From: Spirochaetia bacterium
GTDB taxonomy: Bacteria; Spirochaetota; Spirochaetia; B11-G9
Assembly: GCA_029932585.1 (NCBI GenBank)
Contig: JAOZPU010000005.1
Span: forward strand, 13,527-51,115
Length of the DNA: 37,589 bases
Direction: 5' to 3'
Under the pieces are notes generated by a model that had not been told where the DNA came from, did not search any database, and saw only the letters and a program-made list of their open reading frames with translations. Numbering within the stretch: the first letter of the stretch is position 1; each line of letters opens with the position of its first letter. The position numbers and the translations under genes were made by a program. Below are positions 1 through 9,963 of the stretch, one piece after another.

Positions 1-1
1 A

Positions 2-43
2 GATAAAATGGGTGACACGTAGTGTTAGAGACCTATTTTAGTC
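2..43 (+). promoter_or_regulatory. Conserved stem-loop leader upstream of ABC substrate-binding protein gene (copy 1)
   Basis: GATAAAATGGG-TGACAC-GTA-GTGTTA-GAGA-CCTATTTTAGTC folds into an outer and an inner stem. It matches 32724..32765 at 34/42 positions without gaps and is followed by an AGGAG RBS (51..55) and ATG at 62. Confidence 0.7.
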
Positions 44-61
44 AAGAAAAAGGAGTGCATT

Positions 62-1312
62 ATGAGTAAAAGATTATTAATTTTGCTGGTTGTTTTTTTA
101 ATTATCGGCAGCAGTTTCAGTTTATTTGCTGTTGGGGCAAAAGAGGTTCCTGTTGATTATCCAGCAGAGATGGATGCCTGGCTTCAGGAAGCTAAGCTTG
201 GACCATATGAAGGAGAGCAGGACTGGGACGAAATAGAGAGACTGGCAAATGCAGAAGGAGAACTGGTTGTTTATTCTTCATCATCCAGGGTTGAAAAAGT
301 TGCTGCTGAATTTGAGAAGAAATATCCAGGGATCAAGGTTATGAGCCACGATCTTGGATCGGTAGGTACAGTAGAAAAAACAATAAATGAACAGGATGCA
401 AATCTGTTTAATGCAGATCTTATTACAACTGGAGGATCTGGTCAGGTTATACATGAATTGCTGAACAATTTTAGAATTGTAAATTTTGTTCCATCCATGT
501 TTGTGGATCAGATACCGGAAGAGTATAGAGAACCTCTTTTAAACAGAATTGTTGAAGGTTATGTTTTAATGTACAACAGAGAATTCTATGGAGATACACC
601 TCCAATTTCTAATGTATGGGAACTTACAGAAGAAAAATGGAGAGGTAAGATTGTTTTAAAAGATCCTATGGCTTCTCTTTCAAATAAAATGGGTCTGTGG
701 ACTATGGTTCAGCATGCAGATGAGTTTGCAAAAGCCTATAAAGATCTGACAGGTAATAAAGTTGAACTTCACGAAGGCGTTCCAGATGCCGGATATGAGT
801 TTATCTACAGACTTCTTCATAATGATCTTATAATACTGGGTTCAGGCAGCAAGGTTGCCAAAGCTTCCGGTGCAAAGGGCCAGACTAATCCTCCAATTTC
901 AATTACCGGTTATACATATATCAGGTACAATGAGTCTAAGGGCTATGTAAATGCACTTGTAACACCCCTTGCACCTTTTGAAAATATTATTACACCTGTA
1001 TATACAGCTATTGCACGACAGGCTGCTCATCCTAATGCAGCAAAACTTTTTACAGCTTTTCTTCTTGGGGACATTAGTATTACTCAGGACACTGTAATTT
1101 CCCAACCTTACAATGAGGGAGAAAGTGCAAAATTGCTTCAGGGACTTGGTCCTTATTATTCACCCGGATCAAAAAGCCCACGTGATACAGTTCCTGTAGC
1201 TGCTGGTGGTGAAAAATGGTATGACCTGGACAGCTGGTTTGTAGATCCTGATTTTATGTGGTTTGAAGGACAGAAAGTTCAGGACTTCTGGGTTCAGGAA
1301 GTTGGGAACTAG
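62..1312 (+). CDS. ABC transporter substrate-binding protein (Fe3+/polyamine/thiamine-like class; substrate unknown)
   Basis: Signal peptide ending LFAVGAKE; AEGELVVYSS, YPGIKV, W.GKIVL.DP and AAHPNAAKLF motifs; adjacent ABC ATPase; AGGAG RBS. The permease presumably lies upstream of the window. Confidence 0.85.
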   Translation: MSKRLLILLVVFLIIGSSFSLFAVGAKEVPVDYPAEMDAWLQEAKLGPYEGEQDWDEIERLANAEGELVVYSSSSRVEKVAAEFEKKYPGIKVMSHDLGSVGTVEKTINEQDANLFNADLITTGGSGQVIHELLNNFRIVNFVPSMFVDQIPEEYREPLLNRIVEGYVLMYNREFYGDTPPISNVWELTEEKWRGKIVLKDPMASLSNKMGLWTMVQHADEFAKAYKDLTGNKVELHEGVPDAGYEFIYRLLHNDLIILGSGSKVAKASGAKGQTNPPISITGYTYIRYNESKGYVNALVTPLAPFENIITPVYTAIARQAAHPNAAKLFTAFLLGDISITQDTVISQPYNEGESAKLLQGLGPYYSPGSKSPRDTVPVAAGGEKWYDLDSWFVDPDFMWFEGQKVQDFWVQEVGN

Positions 1313-1323
1313 AGGAAAAAATC

Positions 1324-2415
1324 TTGGATAAGATAATACTTTCAAATATAAGTAAATCGTACAGCGGTATTCCTGCTGTACGAAATTTAACACTTAATAT
1401 CAGAGAGGGTGAGTTTCTCACCCTCCTGGGTCCTTCTGGTTGTGGTAAAACTACAACTTTAAGGATGATAGCTGGCCTTGAAGATGCTGATACCGGGGAA
1501 ATAATTGTAGGAGAGCAAACTTTTTTTTCTCTTGCAAAAGGACTATACGTTCCTCCTGAGAAAAGAGATTTAGGCTTTATTTTTCAGAGTTATGCTTTAT
1601 GGCCCCATATGACAGTCAGAAAAAATATATCTTTAGGTCTGGAAGAGAAAAAGGTTGCTAAAGATAAAATTGAGGCAACTGTTAAAAATGCCCTAAAAAA
1701 GGTGCAGCTTGAAGGTCTGGAAGAGAGGTACCCCTCAGAATTATCCGGGGGACAGCAGCAGAGAGTTGCTGTAGCACGAATGGTTGCTGCAGAACCTCAA
1801 ATTTTTCTTATGGATGAGCCGTTGTCTAATCTGGATGCAATGCTTCGAATTGGTATGAGGGCAGAGCTGAAGCATCTTCACTATGAATTAGGTGCAACTA
1901 CTGTGTATGTTACACATGATCAGAATGAAGCCTTAACATTATCGGATAGGATAGTAGTTATGGAGTCAGGAGTTCTAAGGCAGATAGGAACACCTGAGGA
2001 GATATACAAAAAATCTGCAGACCTCTTTGTTGCAAGATTTGTAGGATCCCCTCAAATAAATATTATGAAAGGGCGTATTAAACTTGAAAATAATGAGCAG
2101 TTTTTTATAAGTGGGCCTATTAAGAAAAAAATATCTATTGATAAAAAATATCTCGATAAAGATCTTACTGTTACTATTCGCCCTGAAGAGATTAAAATTA
2201 AGAGTGAAAAAGATATGGCCTGGTTGGAATGTACAATTTATTCGGTACTTCCTGCAGGTTCGGAAACAATTATAACTGTAAAAAAAGATGATATGGATCT
2301 TACTCTTAAAATAAATGGTTTTGCTGCATTTAAAGTTAATGATAAGGTCTGGATTGATTTTGGTGCTGACCGTATGAACTATTATGATCCTAAGACTGAA
2401 AAATTGTTATTTTAA
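1324..2415 (+). CDS. ABC transporter ATP-binding protein (PotA/FbpC/MalK-like, C-terminal TOBE-like region)
   Basis: Walker A GPSGCGKT, FQSYALWPHM, signature LSGGQQQR, Walker B FLMDEP, H-loop VTHDQ; TTG start. Confidence 0.95.
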   Translation: MDKIILSNISKSYSGIPAVRNLTLNIREGEFLTLLGPSGCGKTTTLRMIAGLEDADTGEIIVGEQTFFSLAKGLYVPPEKRDLGFIFQSYALWPHMTVRKNISLGLEEKKVAKDKIEATVKNALKKVQLEGLEERYPSELSGGQQQRVAVARMVAAEPQIFLMDEPLSNLDAMLRIGMRAELKHLHYELGATTVYVTHDQNEALTLSDRIVVMESGVLRQIGTPEEIYKKSADLFVARFVGSPQINIMKGRIKLENNEQFFISGPIKKKISIDKKYLDKDLTVTIRPEEIKIKSEKDMAWLECTIYSVLPAGSETIITVKKDDMDLTLKINGFAAFKVNDKVWIDFGADRMNYYDPKTEKLLF

Positions 2416-2476
2416 TTGATAATTGGAAAAAGCATGCTTATATTATAGATCACAAAATTGTTTAAGGAGCACAACT

Positions 2477-3178
2477 ATGATATACGGCAATGAACAAACA
2501 TTTTCCAGGGCAGCAGACAGGGATAGAAGCCTAATAAAAAATGTGTACCTTTGGATGACAGCAGGCCTTGCTCTTACAGGTGTTGTGTCTTTTGGTCTGT
2601 CTTCTAATCAGTCTCTTATGATTGCACTGGTGTCGAATACTTTTCTATTTTTTGGAATAATTATTGCTGAACTGGCACTTGTTATGTATCTCTCTGCTCG
2701 TATACAAAAAATGAGCACTACAGCAGCAACCATGGCTTTTGCATTATATGCATTTCTAAATGGTGTAACTATGTCTGTAATATTCTTAGCATATACAGGG
2801 GCTACTATTTCTTTGGCCTTTTTTACCACAGCAGCAACTTTTGGTGCCATGAGCCTCTATGCTATGACAACTAAAAGAGATCTCTCGGGAGTGGGCCATT
2901 ATTTAATGATGGGAGTTTTTGGGATAATTATAGTATCAGTTATAAATATTTTTTTAAAAAGCCCTGCAGTATACTACTTAATTTCTTATGTCGGAGTTCT
3001 GGTTTTTATGGGTTTAACAGCTTATGATACCCAGAATATACTTAAGATGAGTGCCCAGGCTGGTTCTGCATCCGAAGAACAATATATTAAATTTTCAATT
3101 ATGGGTGCTTTAAAACTATATCTGGATTTTATAAATATATTTCTTTTTATGTTAAGAATCTTTGGCAGAAGAAGGTAA
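2477..3178 (+). CDS. Bax inhibitor-1/YccA family membrane protein
   Basis: About 7 hydrophobic segments; VYLWM, TAYDTQ and GALKLYLDFINIF motifs. Start moved from 2423 to the ATG at 2477, which follows AAGGAG (2464..2469). Confidence 0.93.
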   Translation: MIYGNEQTFSRAADRDRSLIKNVYLWMTAGLALTGVVSFGLSSNQSLMIALVSNTFLFFGIIIAELALVMYLSARIQKMSTTAATMAFALYAFLNGVTMSVIFLAYTGATISLAFFTTAATFGAMSLYAMTTKRDLSGVGHYLMMGVFGIIIVSVINIFLKSPAVYYLISYVGVLVFMGLTAYDTQNILKMSAQAGSASEEQYIKFSIMGALKLYLDFINIFLFMLRIFGRRR

Positions 3179-3188
3179 CTTCGATACA

Positions 3189-3239
3189 TTTGTAGGGGCA
3201 GGTATTATTTTGTAGGGGCAGGTCGCGACCTGCCCCTAC
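3189..3239. repeat. GTAG-type REP-like palindrome with a duplicated left half
   Basis: Perfect 28-bp palindrome GTAGGGGCAGGTCG|CGACCTGCCCCTAC at 3212..3239. TTTGTAGGGGCAGGT is directly repeated at 3189..3203 and 3209..3223. It lies just 3' of a stop codon. Confidence 0.75.
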
Positions 3240-3336
3240 GAAATAAATAAATATCTCTACTACAGTTAATATTGCTTACCTATTTCCCGATAAAATTAAA
3301 GTAGGTTTTTGTATTTTAATTAATTGTGGAGATAAT

Positions 3337-5559
3337 ATGGATACTAAAGTTTTAAAAAATGTATATATCTGGTTTATAGGTGCATTTCTCATGCCTCCTA
3401 TGGCCTGGCTTTTTCTTGCATGGTTTGCTCAAATTTGGAATTTTTCAGAACTTATACAGATAGTTGCTTCATTTCCAATATGGATATATAGTTTTGCTTT
3501 TCTAGGTGTTGCTGTAGGCTTTCTTCATTATAAACTAAAAATTATATCCAGATTTATAAAATCGGAAAATCCTGGGTCTATAAAGTTAGCTATGCCTGTA
3601 ATTAATTCTCTACCAGGATTATTTTCTTTTGGTGTTATTATTTATATTGCCATTGGTCCTTTTGTTGTTCTTTATGGTATGGACTTTATAAGTACCAGAG
3701 AGTTGTGGCTGGCTGAAGCAATTGGACTTCCTATTATTTTTCTTTTTGCTGCTCCTTTTTATATCCAGTTTTTAAAATCCATTGAATTGGCTACTAAAGG
3801 GTTGAAAATTGCAGATTCCTATTTTTTATATAAAATCAGAGGTAAAATGACAATGACTCTTGGTTTTACAAATGTAGGAATTATAGCACTCCTTGCAGTA
3901 ATTGCTGTTTCAGTAGTTAATTATAATCATGCTTTAACAGGAGATGACATTTTTCAACGTTTATTGTTTAAGAATGTTATTGGTGGGATTATTGCATTTA
4001 TTGTTCAAATGATGAATATTTTCTTTATTATAAAAATGGTAAACAGGCCTATTAATCTATTTGAAGGCAGCCTGGATTCAATGCTCAAGGATATTGATAA
4101 TGGAGTTGCAGATCTAACAGTCAGTATTGATCGTTCTACCTTGGATGAACTGGGTGTAATAACAGCCAAGTTTAACAATCTAATATTAAATATAAAAAAT
4201 CTGATCAATAATATTAAGGAAAATGCTGCAAAACTTAGTTATGCTTCAGATAATTTAACTGTTACAAGTAGTGAACTATCTAAGCAGGCTGATGGTATGA
4301 GCTCTCAGTCTGCACAGGTTGCTTCAGCTGCTGAGCAGATGGATATGAATATGAATACCATGGCTGCTACAACCGAAGAGATGAGTATGAACATAAGCTC
4401 TGTTTCATCTGCGTCCGAAGAGATGTCAAAAAATATTGGTATGTTAGCAGAAACAGTCGAAATGGTATCAGCATCTATGGATGGTATTTCAACAAGTGCC
4501 AGTGAATCTCATGAAATATCTGCTAATGCAGAGACCCTTGCTGTAAAAGCTATATCTACTATGGAAATTCTTGACAAAGCTGCCAATGAGATTGGCGTTG
4601 TAACAGATATGATAAAAAGAGTTGCAGAAAAAACAAATCTTCTTGCTCTAAATGCAACTATTGAAGCCGCATCAGCCGGGGATGCTGGAAAAGGCTTTGC
4701 TGTTGTTGCTTCGGAGATAAAAGAACTTGCAAATCAAAGTGCAGATGCAGCAGAAGATATTGCACAAAAAATTGAAGGTGTTCAAACAAATACAAGTAAT
4801 ACAAATGAGGCTATTAGGGCTGTTTCCAGTATAATTAGTCAGATATCAAAATCTTCAGAAGAGATAAATATTTCTGTAAAACAGCAGGCAACTGCCATGG
4901 AAAATATCTCCACAAATATTAGTGAAACCGAGAATGGAGTAAAAAATATTGCACGGTCAGTACATGAATTAACTATTGGAAGTAATGAAGTTTCTTCTAA
5001 TGCACAGGAAGCAGCTAAGGGAGTTAGTAATATTGCTGAAAATATTCAAACAATGAACAGTACTCTTATAAATAATAAAACCAACACCGGTAAATTGAAT
5101 TTTCTTTCTACAGAACTATTTGGTATAGCTGAACATATGGTTAAATCTGTTAGTTTATTTGTTATCGATGAGGTCGAAGTTGGAGTTACAATTCAGGGTG
5201 ATAATCTTGGAGTTGAAGAAATTCAAAAAAGTATTCTTGCGCATACTGCAAAGGGCGGGAAGTTGGAAAACATGCTAAATGGAGGCCCCGTTGTTCTTCC
5301 TATAGATTCCCATCATTGTGCATTTGCCAAATGGTACTATGGCCAGGGAAGCGAAAAGTGGAAACATCTTCCAGAATATGTGTCTATTGAGGAGCCTCAT
5401 GAAAATATACATAAACTAATGCAGGAGGTTTATAATCTTCATCAGGCTAATGATATTGATTTGGCCAGAGAAAAAATGTCTCAGTGGGAATCTTTATCAA
5501 ATCAGATTAAAACTACAACTAATCGTTTTCTGAATTTAATTCAGAACAATAAAGCTTAG
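3337..5559 (+). CDS. Methyl-accepting chemotaxis protein (multi-TM sensor, HAMP, long signalling domain, C-terminal CZB zinc-binding domain)
   Basis: About 6 N-terminal TM helices; HAMP-like [11 protein letters not shown]; hairpin tip [34 protein letters not shown]; CZB ligand pattern H...CAFAKWYY...H...H. Confidence 0.93.
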   Translation: MDTKVLKNVYIWFIGAFLMPPMAWLFLAWFAQIWNFSELIQIVASFPIWIYSFAFLGVAVGFLHYKLKIISRFIKSENPGSIKLAMPVINSLPGLFSFGVIIYIAIGPFVVLYGMDFISTRELWLAEAIGLPIIFLFAAPFYIQFLKSIELATKGLKIADSYFLYKIRGKMTMTLGFTNVGIIALLAVIAVSVVNYNHALTGDDIFQRLLFKNVIGGIIAFIVQMMNIFFIIKMVNRPINLFEGSLDSMLKDIDNGVADLTVSIDRSTLDELGVITAKFNNLILNIKNLINNIKENAAKLSYASDNLTVTSSELSKQADGMSSQSAQVASAAEQMDMNMNTMAATTEEMSMNISSVSSASEEMSKNIGMLAETVEMVSASMDGISTSASESHEISANAETLAVKAISTMEILDKAANEIGVVTDMIKRVAEKTNLLALNATIEAASAGDAGKGFAVVASEIKELANQSADAAEDIAQKIEGVQTNTSNTNEAIRAVSSIISQISKSSEEINISVKQQATAMENISTNISETENGVKNIARSVHELTIGSNEVSSNAQEAAKGVSNIAENIQTMNSTLINNKTNTGKLNFLSTELFGIAEHMVKSVSLFVIDEVEVGVTIQGDNLGVEEIQKSILAHTAKGGKLENMLNGGPVVLPIDSHHCAFAKWYYGQGSEKWKHLPEYVSIEEPHENIHKLMQEVYNLHQANDIDLAREKMSQWESLSNQIKTTTNRFLNLIQNNKA

Positions 5560-5569
5560 AGGTTAGATA

Positions 5570-6931
5570 ATGGGAAATTCTAGTAACATTGATAAGATTC
5601 TTGACAGGAATGAGATGTCCTTCCTTCAATATATTTCAACTGAAGATAAGCAAAATCTAAGAGATCAAAAAGGTGCTGAAAAATTAAATCTTCTTTTATC
5701 CCTTGTTAGAAAAGGAACTGAAAAAGAGTACGAGAAAAAAATATTACAGAATTTTGATAATCTTGTTGATATCAACTTTATGCCCAGAGTATATAATTAT
5801 TTGGCAGAAGAAAAACAAGATCTGATTGACGAGAGTAAAAATCCTTCAGATATCGATGATATGTTTAATAGATTAAAAAGGGTTTATCATCACCAAATTC
5901 AGTTCTGGAAATCTTTAGTAGATTTTATTCCGTCACCGGTCTTTATTATAAACAGAGACCGAAGTTTTAAATATTTTAATGATACATTTGTACAGTTTTC
6001 CGGGTGGGAAAGGGCTGAACTTTTTAATGTTGCCGGTGCCAGCGCTATATTCTGGCCACATGACCCCAAAAACTGCCCGGTTTGTGGAGTTGTCAAAAAG
6101 TATGATATGATATTAAAAAAAGCAGGAGTTGAAGAGTCCAGAATGATGAATAAAAATAAACAGGAAATACCTGTATATATTTTTGTTGTTCCTGTTTACC
6201 ATGAAGATGGATCTCTTCTTTATACTTTTGGAATTGTTCAGGATCGCTTTGAAGAATTTAAAAAACGTTCAGAATTTCTTAATATGGAAATTAGTCCTAT
6301 TGTTGATATCCTTGGTAAAATTGCTTCCAGAGATATAACCGGGCATCTGGAAATGGATCCTAAAAGTGAACTCTTTGCTCTTCAAAAACCTGTTAATGAG
6401 ATTATAAGTAATTTAACCAATATTATCTCTTCAATTTCTAATTCGACGGATTCTGTTGTTAATATGTCAGGGTCAGCAAAAAAATCTTTGAGTGATCTTT
6501 CTCATTGGTATAATGATAATTATTTATCCATACAGAATTCTCTTACCGGACTTGGAGAGGATCTGGGTTCATCAATTGATAAAATTGTTAAAATTATTAA
6601 TCTTATCCAGAATATTGCAGACAGAACTAATTTACTCTCTTTAAATGCATCCATTGTTGCAAATAAAGCTGGAGATTCAGGAAGAGGTTTTGCAGTTGTT
6701 GCTTCAGAAGTAAGACAGCTGGCAAAAAAGAGCTATGATGCTGCTAATGAGGTTGCAGGAATAATTAGTGAAATACAGGGCAACCAGCAGAATATGTCTG
6801 GTAAAATAGAGGAATCAAATAAGGAGAATCTTGTCCTTGAAAACTATATTCAATCTATTGAAAATAACTTTTCAAAAGTACAGGAAACAACTGTAGATCT
6901 TGCTGGTAATATTAAAGGTTTTACTTTATAG
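5570..6931 (+). CDS. Soluble PAS-domain methyl-accepting chemotaxis protein
   Basis: No TM segment; PAS start LVDFIPSPVFIINRDRSFKYFN; short signalling domain [34 protein letters not shown]. Confidence 0.88.
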   Translation: MGNSSNIDKILDRNEMSFLQYISTEDKQNLRDQKGAEKLNLLLSLVRKGTEKEYEKKILQNFDNLVDINFMPRVYNYLAEEKQDLIDESKNPSDIDDMFNRLKRVYHHQIQFWKSLVDFIPSPVFIINRDRSFKYFNDTFVQFSGWERAELFNVAGASAIFWPHDPKNCPVCGVVKKYDMILKKAGVEESRMMNKNKQEIPVYIFVVPVYHEDGSLLYTFGIVQDRFEEFKKRSEFLNMEISPIVDILGKIASRDITGHLEMDPKSELFALQKPVNEIISNLTNIISSISNSTDSVVNMSGSAKKSLSDLSHWYNDNYLSIQNSLTGLGEDLGSSIDKIVKIINLIQNIADRTNLLSLNASIVANKAGDSGRGFAVVASEVRQLAKKSYDAANEVAGIISEIQGNQQNMSGKIEESNKENLVLENYIQSIENNFSKVQETTVDLAGNIKGFTL

Positions 6932-6942
6932 GATATTTATAG

Positions 6943-9900
6943 ATGAGTGATATTGATGATGAAATGCTTAATGATTTTATTGAAGAATCTGAAGAGTTAT
7001 TAGATAGTATTGAAGAAGATTTTCTTTCTCTTGAAACTGCAGGTAATGATTCTGAACTGATAAATAGACTTTTTAGAGCTGTACATACTATTAAAGGAAC
7101 AGCAGGGTTTATTGGTTTAGCAAATATTGGGAAATTAAGTCATTCCATGGAAACTCTATTAGGATTTTTCCGGGAAGGGAAAGAGAAACCTTCAAAAGTA
7201 TATATAGATGCTCTCTTGTTAGGATCTGATAAATTAAACGAAAGTGACGGTATGGATATTACTGTTGAAAATGATTTATTGGTCAGGCTTAATAAACAAA
7301 TTGAAAATGGTGAACCTCCTCAGGCTCAGGTATCCGTCCCCCCTCTACCAAAACCTGAAAATTCTTCTATTACAAAATCAAATAATAACATAGATAATTT
7401 AGACAAAAAATTAGTTAGTTTATTTACAGTACAAGCTACAGAAGTTTTAGATTCTATTGATGGGTTTTTAGAAAATTTTCACAAATCAGATATGAAGTCA
7501 TCCGAATCTGAATTGAAACAAAAATGTAATAAAATTAAAGTTATTCAAGGTAGTTCTTCATATTTAGGTCTGGATTCAATATCAGAAATTGCTAAGTATT
7601 TAGAATTACAATTATCTGTATTGGGTACAGATAATTCAAAATCCATTGAAAATGAGCTAAAAATATTATTTGAAATTAAAGATAAAATGCAATTGCTGAT
7701 TGATGATGTATATAGTAGCGATAAAGAGGATATTAAAGATTTTATTAATAAAATTTCCAGTAATAACAATTTGCAGGGTAATAAAGACTTAGATTCTGCA
7801 GCTCCCGTTGAAGTTGTACAGGGTAATAAAGATGTACAAAATAAACCCAACACAACTCCCAAAAAAGAAAGTCTGCGGATTTCTGTTACTTTAATTGATC
7901 AGTTAATGAGACTTGCAGGAGAATTGGTTCTTATCCGTAATCAGCAATCACTTCAATTTAGAGAAGAGGCCATAGGGAGCAGGGAGTCCATTCAAAGACT
8001 TGACTCTGTAACTTCTGAACTGCAGGAATCTATAATGCATACCAGGCTCCAGCCTATAAGTAATGTTTTAAATAAATTTCCAAGAGTTGTACGTGATCTG
8101 GGTAATTCCCTTGGTAAGGATGTTGAATTAATTATTGAAGGTGGAGAAGTCGAGCTGGATAAGACCATAGTTGAACAGTTGGCAGGTCCTATGACTCATC
8201 TTGTAAGGAATTCAATTGATCATGGTATAGAGACGCCGGATGTTCGAAGGGGTAATGGCAAATCACCTACAGGCTCACTAACTCTTTCTGCTGTACATGA
8301 AGGTGGTATTATAACAATAACTATTAAAGATGATGGTAGTGGGATAAATACTGAATTTCTCAAAAATAAAGTATTGTCCAAAGGCCTTTTGCCCTCTACT
8401 GTTTTGGAAAAAATGTCAAAGGATGAACTTTTAAATTTAATTTTCCTTCCGGGGTTTTCTACAAATGAAGCTGTTTCAAGTGTATCTGGTCGTGGTGTAG
8501 GGATGGATGTTGTTAAAACAGCTGTAGAGGCTCTTAGTGGTTCTATAAAAATTGATTCTGTAATTGGCCAGGGGACTTCAATAATTCTTAAACTTCCCTT
8601 AACACTTTCAATTATTCCTTCACTTCTTATTAGATCATATAAACAGGTATTTGCTATACCTCAGGTTAACCTTGAAATTCTTGTTTCCCTCTCTTCTGAA
8701 GAAATTGCTGGTAAAATTGAAAAAGCAGGTTCTGAAGAGATATATAGAATACAGGATACTCTACTTCCTCTTGTAAGATTAAATGAAATATTAGCACGGA
8801 AAAATAGATTGTCTCTTGAAGATAAGTATGAAATAGTAAAAAAATATCATAAGGATGATGAATTAAATAGTACGAAAACACCTATGGTAATTGCTGTTCT
8901 GGGAGCAGGGAACAGCCGTTTTGGACTTATTGTTGATGAAGTTATAGGTGCTGAGGAAATTGTTGTTAATCCAATGCATCCTGCAATTAAGAATATTAAT
9001 ATATACTCAGGTGCTGCAATTATGGGCGATGGCTCTGTTGCATTGATTCTTAATGCTGATGGTCTTGCTTTTCATTCCAATGTCGAATTTAATGTAGATG
9101 AAAAAAGTGATCTTTTTGATCAGGATGATAAAGAACCCAGGGAATCGATTCTCTTATTTACTAATAGCAATGAGAGTGAACGATATGGAGTTTCTCTTTC
9201 TATTATTAAAAGAATAGTCGAAGTTGAACCTGAAGAGATTCAGAATCTAAGTGAAAAAGATTATGTAAGCATTGATAATAATCCTTGCCGGGTTGTCCGG
9301 TTGAATGAAGTTTTAGATGTCTCTCCAAATACAGATAATAAGCGCCAATTTTTAATAATTTTTAAACAAATTAAAAAACCTCTCGGTTTACTGGTTTCTG
9401 ATCTTCGGGATATTGCAGATGTAAGTATTGATATTGAAAACTCTGGATATATTCAAAATGGTATTCTGGGATCTGATGTTATAAATAATAAAATTACCAT
9501 GTTTATTGATATCAATGCAATTTTTTCAATGGCAGAACCCAAATGGTTTGAAGATTCCAGTCCTGTAATAAGCAGTTTTGATAAAACTAAAAAGAAAATT
9601 TATGTAGTAGATGATTCTTCAATATTCAGGCAGATGATTACTAAATATCTTAAAGAAGAGGGCTATATATTAAGTGTAGGTAAAAATGGAAGAGAAGCAT
9701 ATAACGCACTGGAACTTGAGGATTATGATATGCTTGTTTCCGATATTGAAATGCCGGAAATGAATGGTTATGAATTAATTAAAGCAGTTAGAAAGGGTTC
9801 CAAAAATCAAAATATAACTGCCCTTGCTTTATCCTCTCTAAAAATAGAAGAAGCCAGGGCTCCTGCAATTGCATTAGGGTTTGATGATTATCAGGTTAAA

Positions 9901-9963
9901 CTTGAGAAGAAAGATTTTGTTCAGAAGGTAGAATCCATGTTACTACAGGAGCATAAAATATGA
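6943..9963 (+). CDS. cheA: Hybrid chemotaxis histidine kinase CheA (HPt, HPt-like, dimerisation, HATPase, 2x CheW, REC)
   Basis: HPt LFRAVHTIKG; dimerisation LMRLAGELVL.RN; HLVRNSIDHGIE, DDGSG, FLPGFST, SGRGVGMDVV; two CheW-like domains; C-terminal receiver (VVDDS, SDIEMPEMNG). Confidence 0.96.
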   Translation: MSDIDDEMLNDFIEESEELLDSIEEDFLSLETAGNDSELINRLFRAVHTIKGTAGFIGLANIGKLSHSMETLLGFFREGKEKPSKVYIDALLLGSDKLNESDGMDITVENDLLVRLNKQIENGEPPQAQVSVPPLPKPENSSITKSNNNIDNLDKKLVSLFTVQATEVLDSIDGFLENFHKSDMKSSESELKQKCNKIKVIQGSSSYLGLDSISEIAKYLELQLSVLGTDNSKSIENELKILFEIKDKMQLLIDDVYSSDKEDIKDFINKISSNNNLQGNKDLDSAAPVEVVQGNKDVQNKPNTTPKKESLRISVTLIDQLMRLAGELVLIRNQQSLQFREEAIGSRESIQRLDSVTSELQESIMHTRLQPISNVLNKFPRVVRDLGNSLGKDVELIIEGGEVELDKTIVEQLAGPMTHLVRNSIDHGIETPDVRRGNGKSPTGSLTLSAVHEGGIITITIKDDGSGINTEFLKNKVLSKGLLPSTVLEKMSKDELLNLIFLPGFSTNEAVSSVSGRGVGMDVVKTAVEALSGSIKIDSVIGQGTSIILKLPLTLSIIPSLLIRSYKQVFAIPQVNLEILVSLSSEEIAGKIEKAGSEEIYRIQDTLLPLVRLNEILARKNRLSLEDKYEIVKKYHKDDELNSTKTPMVIAVLGAGNSRFGLIVDEVIGAEEIVVNPMHPAIKNINIYSGAAIMGDGSVALILNADGLAFHSNVEFNVDEKSDLFDQDDKEPRESILLFTNSNESERYGVSLSIIKRIVEVEPEEIQNLSEKDYVSIDNNPCRVVRLNEVLDVSPNTDNKRQFLIIFKQIKKPLGLLVSDLRDIADVSIDIENSGYIQNGILGSDVINNKITMFIDINAIFSMAEPKWFEDSSPVISSFDKTKKKIYVVDDSSIFRQMITKYLKEEGYILSVGKNGREAYNALELEDYDMLVSDIEMPEMNGYELIKAVRKGSKNQNITALALSSLKIEEARAPAIALGFDDYQVKLEKKDFVQKVESMLLQEHKI

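Noticed and set aside
2423-2476. N-terminal extension of the BI-1 ORF in the track
   Set aside because: ATG 2477 has a clear AAGGAG RBS, and the extension overlaps a likely promoter region.
3189-3239. Direct repeat with 20-bp period considered as a mini-CRISPR
   Set aside because: There are only two 15-bp units with a 5-bp gap, no spacers and no cas genes.
4300-5060. Quasi-repeats (SAAEQM, ATTEEM, SASEEM) in MCP1
   Set aside because: These are normal heptad and methylation-site periodicity of a long chemoreceptor coiled coil.
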